Assembly: GCA_964016885.1 (NCBI GenBank)
Contig: OZ024745.1
Span: forward strand, 48,174,001-48,238,000
Length of the DNA: 64,000 nt
Source of the DNA: Eledone cirrhosa
Lineage: Eukaryota
Direction: 5' to 3'
The notes under the pieces are model-generated. The model searched no databases and was not told where the DNA came from. It was given only the letters and a program-made list of their open reading frames with translations. Of the stretch, positions 60,186 to 64,000 are shown in pieces (within the stretch, counting starts at the first letter, position 1; each line of letters starts with the position of its first letter). The position numbers were made by a program, and so were the translations under genes.

Positions 60186-61769
60186 GTATGAATTTTGTTT
60201 TACAATTTATAATAACTTGATTTAAGTTGATTACAATATTTAATCATATTGGCTTTATACACATACAATTCCCAGCTGCTGCTGCCACTACTCATTTTTC
60301 AGCTAAGTACACTGCAACAACAAGAAATGAAGTGCCTTACTAAAGGATACAATGTAACACTATTTAACTATAGCGATAGAAAGAACACTTCTGTTTATTC
60401 AAAGTATATCAATTGAACAACTAAATATAAAGACAAACATATACAAAATTTCAGAATATCATGAAAAACTATTGACATTGTATAAAGATTATTGAGCAGT
60501 GTCTGATAAAAACAAAACACACTATTAGAGGGAACAAAAAAGGGGAAATGAAAAGACAAAAAAGAGTAAAAAAAAAAAGAATTATAAGCAATGAAAGAAA
60601 GGAACAGCAATTACATCTCAGTCTGAGTGGTGCCTCAGCCACGTCTGCAGACAAAATAACAAAGGTATTACCGCAGAGAATGGCCAGTGACATACACTGC
60701 AAAAGTCAGTCCACCACACACCCTCCCTATTTAAGCAGGCTGCTGTCTTTCCGACTTTACAGAGGAAATCAGCAGTGTGAGGACCCAGGATGCCTGAGGT
60801 CTCGATCAAACTTATGGTCTTATGATTGTGAGCTCAACACCCTAACCACTAGACCATGCACCTTTACAACCCACCAACTATACCTTACAAAAATCATTTA
60901 TTGTATTCCTCAATAAACATATAATGATGCCATTTAGGGAGTAACTATATCTATATTTTTTAACTGTTGGTCAATCAATGATAAACATTGACTGCCAGTT
61001 AACTATAGAAATATAAAAATATACTAAAGTGAAAACCAAACCAAACAGTGAGTGTGTTTTACTATATTTTTCTGGCAATATTAGAACATGACCCTCCCCA
61101 AATATAATGATGCCATTTATTTTATAAACTCCCAGTTTGAAATTAATTCTACTCAAGCTCAGAAGGCCTTATTGATATCCTTATTTTAATCTTCTCCAAG
61201 GAAATAGGGTCCTTTTAGACAAAGATGTCACTCCCATCACATTATCCCAGTTTGGTGTAGCTGTTCCCTAAAGTGATTTACGATTCCCAGAATTGTTATT
61301 TGTTGTCAAATGAGTGTTTCTCATTTCAACACAAGGCCAGTAGTTTGAGGGGACCCAGTATTTAACTGGTACCTTATTTAATCAACAAATCAACACCTGA
61401 AGGATGAAAGGTAAAATTGACCTCAGTGGAATTTGAACTCGGAACGTAAAAAGTAGAAATAAATAATGTCTGATTATCTTCAAATAATATCTTCCTCCTC
61501 CTCCACAACATCATCATCATCACCTTCCTATTATCCTCATCATCCACCTCCTCCTCATCACCTTCCTATTATCCTCATCATCCACCTCCTCCTCATCATC
61601 AACATTGCCCTCCTCTTCCTCCTTCTTATAATCAGCAGCAGCAGCAGCAGCAGCAACAACACCTTCCTCCTCCATCTTATAATAATCATCTATCTCCTCT
61701 TCTTCCTCCTCCTCCTCATCATCATTGTTATCATGTTTGTGTTTTGAGACAATGTTTACAGCTAAATGC

Positions 61770-64000
61770 CATTCCTGACACCAACTGCTTTAGTAACCAC
61801 TCATGACACCAACTGCTTTAGTAACCACTCATGACACCAACTGCTTTAGTAACCACTCATGACACCAACTGCTTTAGTAACCACTCATGACACCAACTGC
61901 TTTAGTAACCACTCCTGACACCAACTGCTTTAGTAACCATTCCTGACACCAACTGCTTTAGTAACCACTCATGACACCAACTGCTTTAGTAACCATTCCT
62001 GACACCAACTGCTTTAGTAACCACTCATGACACCAACTGCTTTAGTAACCACTCATGACACCAACTGCTTTAGTAACCACTCATGACACCAACTGCTTTA
62101 GTAACCATTCCTGACACCAACTGCTTTAGTAACCACTCATGACACCAACTGCTTTAGTAACCACTCATGACACCAACTGCTTTAGTAACCACTCTTGACA
62201 CCAACTGCTTTAGTAACCACTCATGACACCAACTGCTTTAGTAACCACTCTTGACACCAACTGCTTTAGTAACCACTCTTGACACCAACTGCTTTAGTAA
62301 CCACTCATGACACCAACTGCTTTAGTAACCACTCATGACACCAACTGCTTTAGTAACCACTCATGACACCAACTGCTTTAGTAACCACTCATGACACCAA
62401 CTGCTTTAGTAACCACTCTTGACACCAACTGCTTTAGTAACCACTCTTGACACCAATTGCTTTAGTAACCACTCATGACACCAACTGCTTTAGTAACCAC
62501 TCTTGACACCAACTGCTTTAGTAACCACTCATGACACCAACTGCTTTAGTAACCACTCATGACACCAACTGCTTTAGTAACCACTCATGACACCAACTGC
62601 TTTAGTAACCACTCATGACACCAACTGCTTTAGTAACCACTCCTGACACCAACTGCTTTAGTAACCACTCATGACACCAACTGCTTTAGTAACCACTCAT
62701 GACACCAACTGCTTTAGTAACCACTCATGACACCAACTGCTTTAGTAACCATTCCTGACACCAACTGCTTTAGTAACCACTCATGACACCAACTGCTTTA
62801 GTAACCACTCATGACACCAACTGCTTTAGTAACCACTCCTGACACCAACTGCTTTAGTAACCACTCATGATACCAACTGCTTTAGTAACCACTCATGACA
62901 CCAACTGCTTTAGTAACCACTCATGACACCAACTGTTTTAGTAACCACTCATGACACCAACTGCTTTAGTAACCACTCCTGACACCAACTGCTTTAGTAA
63001 CCACTCATGACACCAACTGCTTTAGTAACCACTCCTGACACCAACTGCTTTAGTAACTACTCATGACACCAACTGCTTTAGTAACCACTCCTGACACCAA
63101 CTGCTTTAGTAACCACTCATGACAACAACTGCTTTAGTAACCATTCCTGACACCAACTGCTTTAGTAACCACTCCTGACACCAACTGCTTTAGTAACCAC
63201 TCATGACACCAACTGCTTTAGTAACCACTCATGACACCAACTGCTTTAGTAACCATTCCTGACACCAACTGCTTTAGTAACCACTCATGACACCAACTGC
63301 TTTAGTAACCACTCATGACACCAACTGCTTTAGTAACCACTCATGACACCAACTGCTTTAGTAACCACTCATGACACCAACTGCTTTAGTAACCACTCAT
63401 GACACCAACTGCTTTAGTAACCACTCCTGACACCAACTGCTTTAGTAACGACTCATGACACCAACTGCTTTAGTAACCACTCATGACACCAACTGCTTTA
63501 GTAACCATTCCTGACACCAACTGCTTTAGTAACCACTCATGACAACAACTGCTTTAGTAACCATTCCTGCACCAACTGCTTTAGTAACCACTCATGACAC
63601 CAACTGCTTTAGTAACCATTCCTGACACCAACTGCTTTAGTAACCACTCCTGACACCAACTGCTTTAGTAACCACTCATGACACCAACTGCTTTAGTAAC
63701 CACTCATGACACCAACTGCTTTAGTAACCACTCCTGACACCAACTGCTTTAGTAACCATTCCTGACACCAACTGCTTTAGTAACCACTCATGACACCAAC
63801 TGCTTTAGTAACCACTCATGACACCAACTGCTTTAGTAACCACTCATGACACCAACTGCTTTAGTAACCACTCATGACACCAACTGCTTTAGTAACCACT
63901 CCTGACACCAACTGCTTTAGTAACCACTCCTGACACCAACTGCTTTAGTAACCACTCATGACACCAACTGCTTTAGTAACCACTCATGACACCAACTGCT
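61770..64000 (+). repeat. 28-bp tandem satellite, about 80 copies, running off the window end
   Basis: Unit gacaccaactgctttagtaaccactcat with variants cattcct, cactcct and cactctt; no spacers. Confidence 0.96.

Noticed and set aside
61201-61270. Possible next C345C exon (GNRVLLDKDVTPITLSQFG)
   Set aside because: The acceptor is plausible, but there is no NTR-like motif and no convincing donor.
61770-64000. CRISPR-like array of 28-bp repeats
   Set aside because: Units are head-to-tail with no unique spacers, there are no cas genes, and the context is eukaryotic.

Overview
AT-rich eukaryotic genomic DNA, probably octopus or another cephalopod (inferred from the SINE, RTE-LINE and microsatellite landscape; not proven). 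Most of the window is the intron-rich body of one + strand gene encoding a complement C3-family (thioester-protein superfamily) protein. I reconstructed 28 GT-AG exons by hand (3671-60185, about 1100 codons). Their phases join without stops, and both ends of the gene are missing from the reconstruction. The protein keeps the RKKR beta/alpha cleavage site, the candidate inter-chain cysteines, a TED domain, MG8 and the start of C345C. It is strongly remodelled: the thioester motif reads GSGEQ rather than GCGEQ, the catalytic His is Tyr, no anaphylatoxin domain is visible, and most of MG4 appears deleted. The introns hold RTE LINEs with a PHD finger inside the RT, plus CR1, R4/Dong-like, CRE-like, Penelope-like, Helitron-like and mariner remnants. 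They also hold tRNA-derived SINEs, perfect fold-back palindromes next to (TA)n tracts, several hammerhead-ribozyme motifs (one with a compensatory U3-A8 core) and three minisatellite/satellite arrays. All family assignments are by eye; no database search was run.
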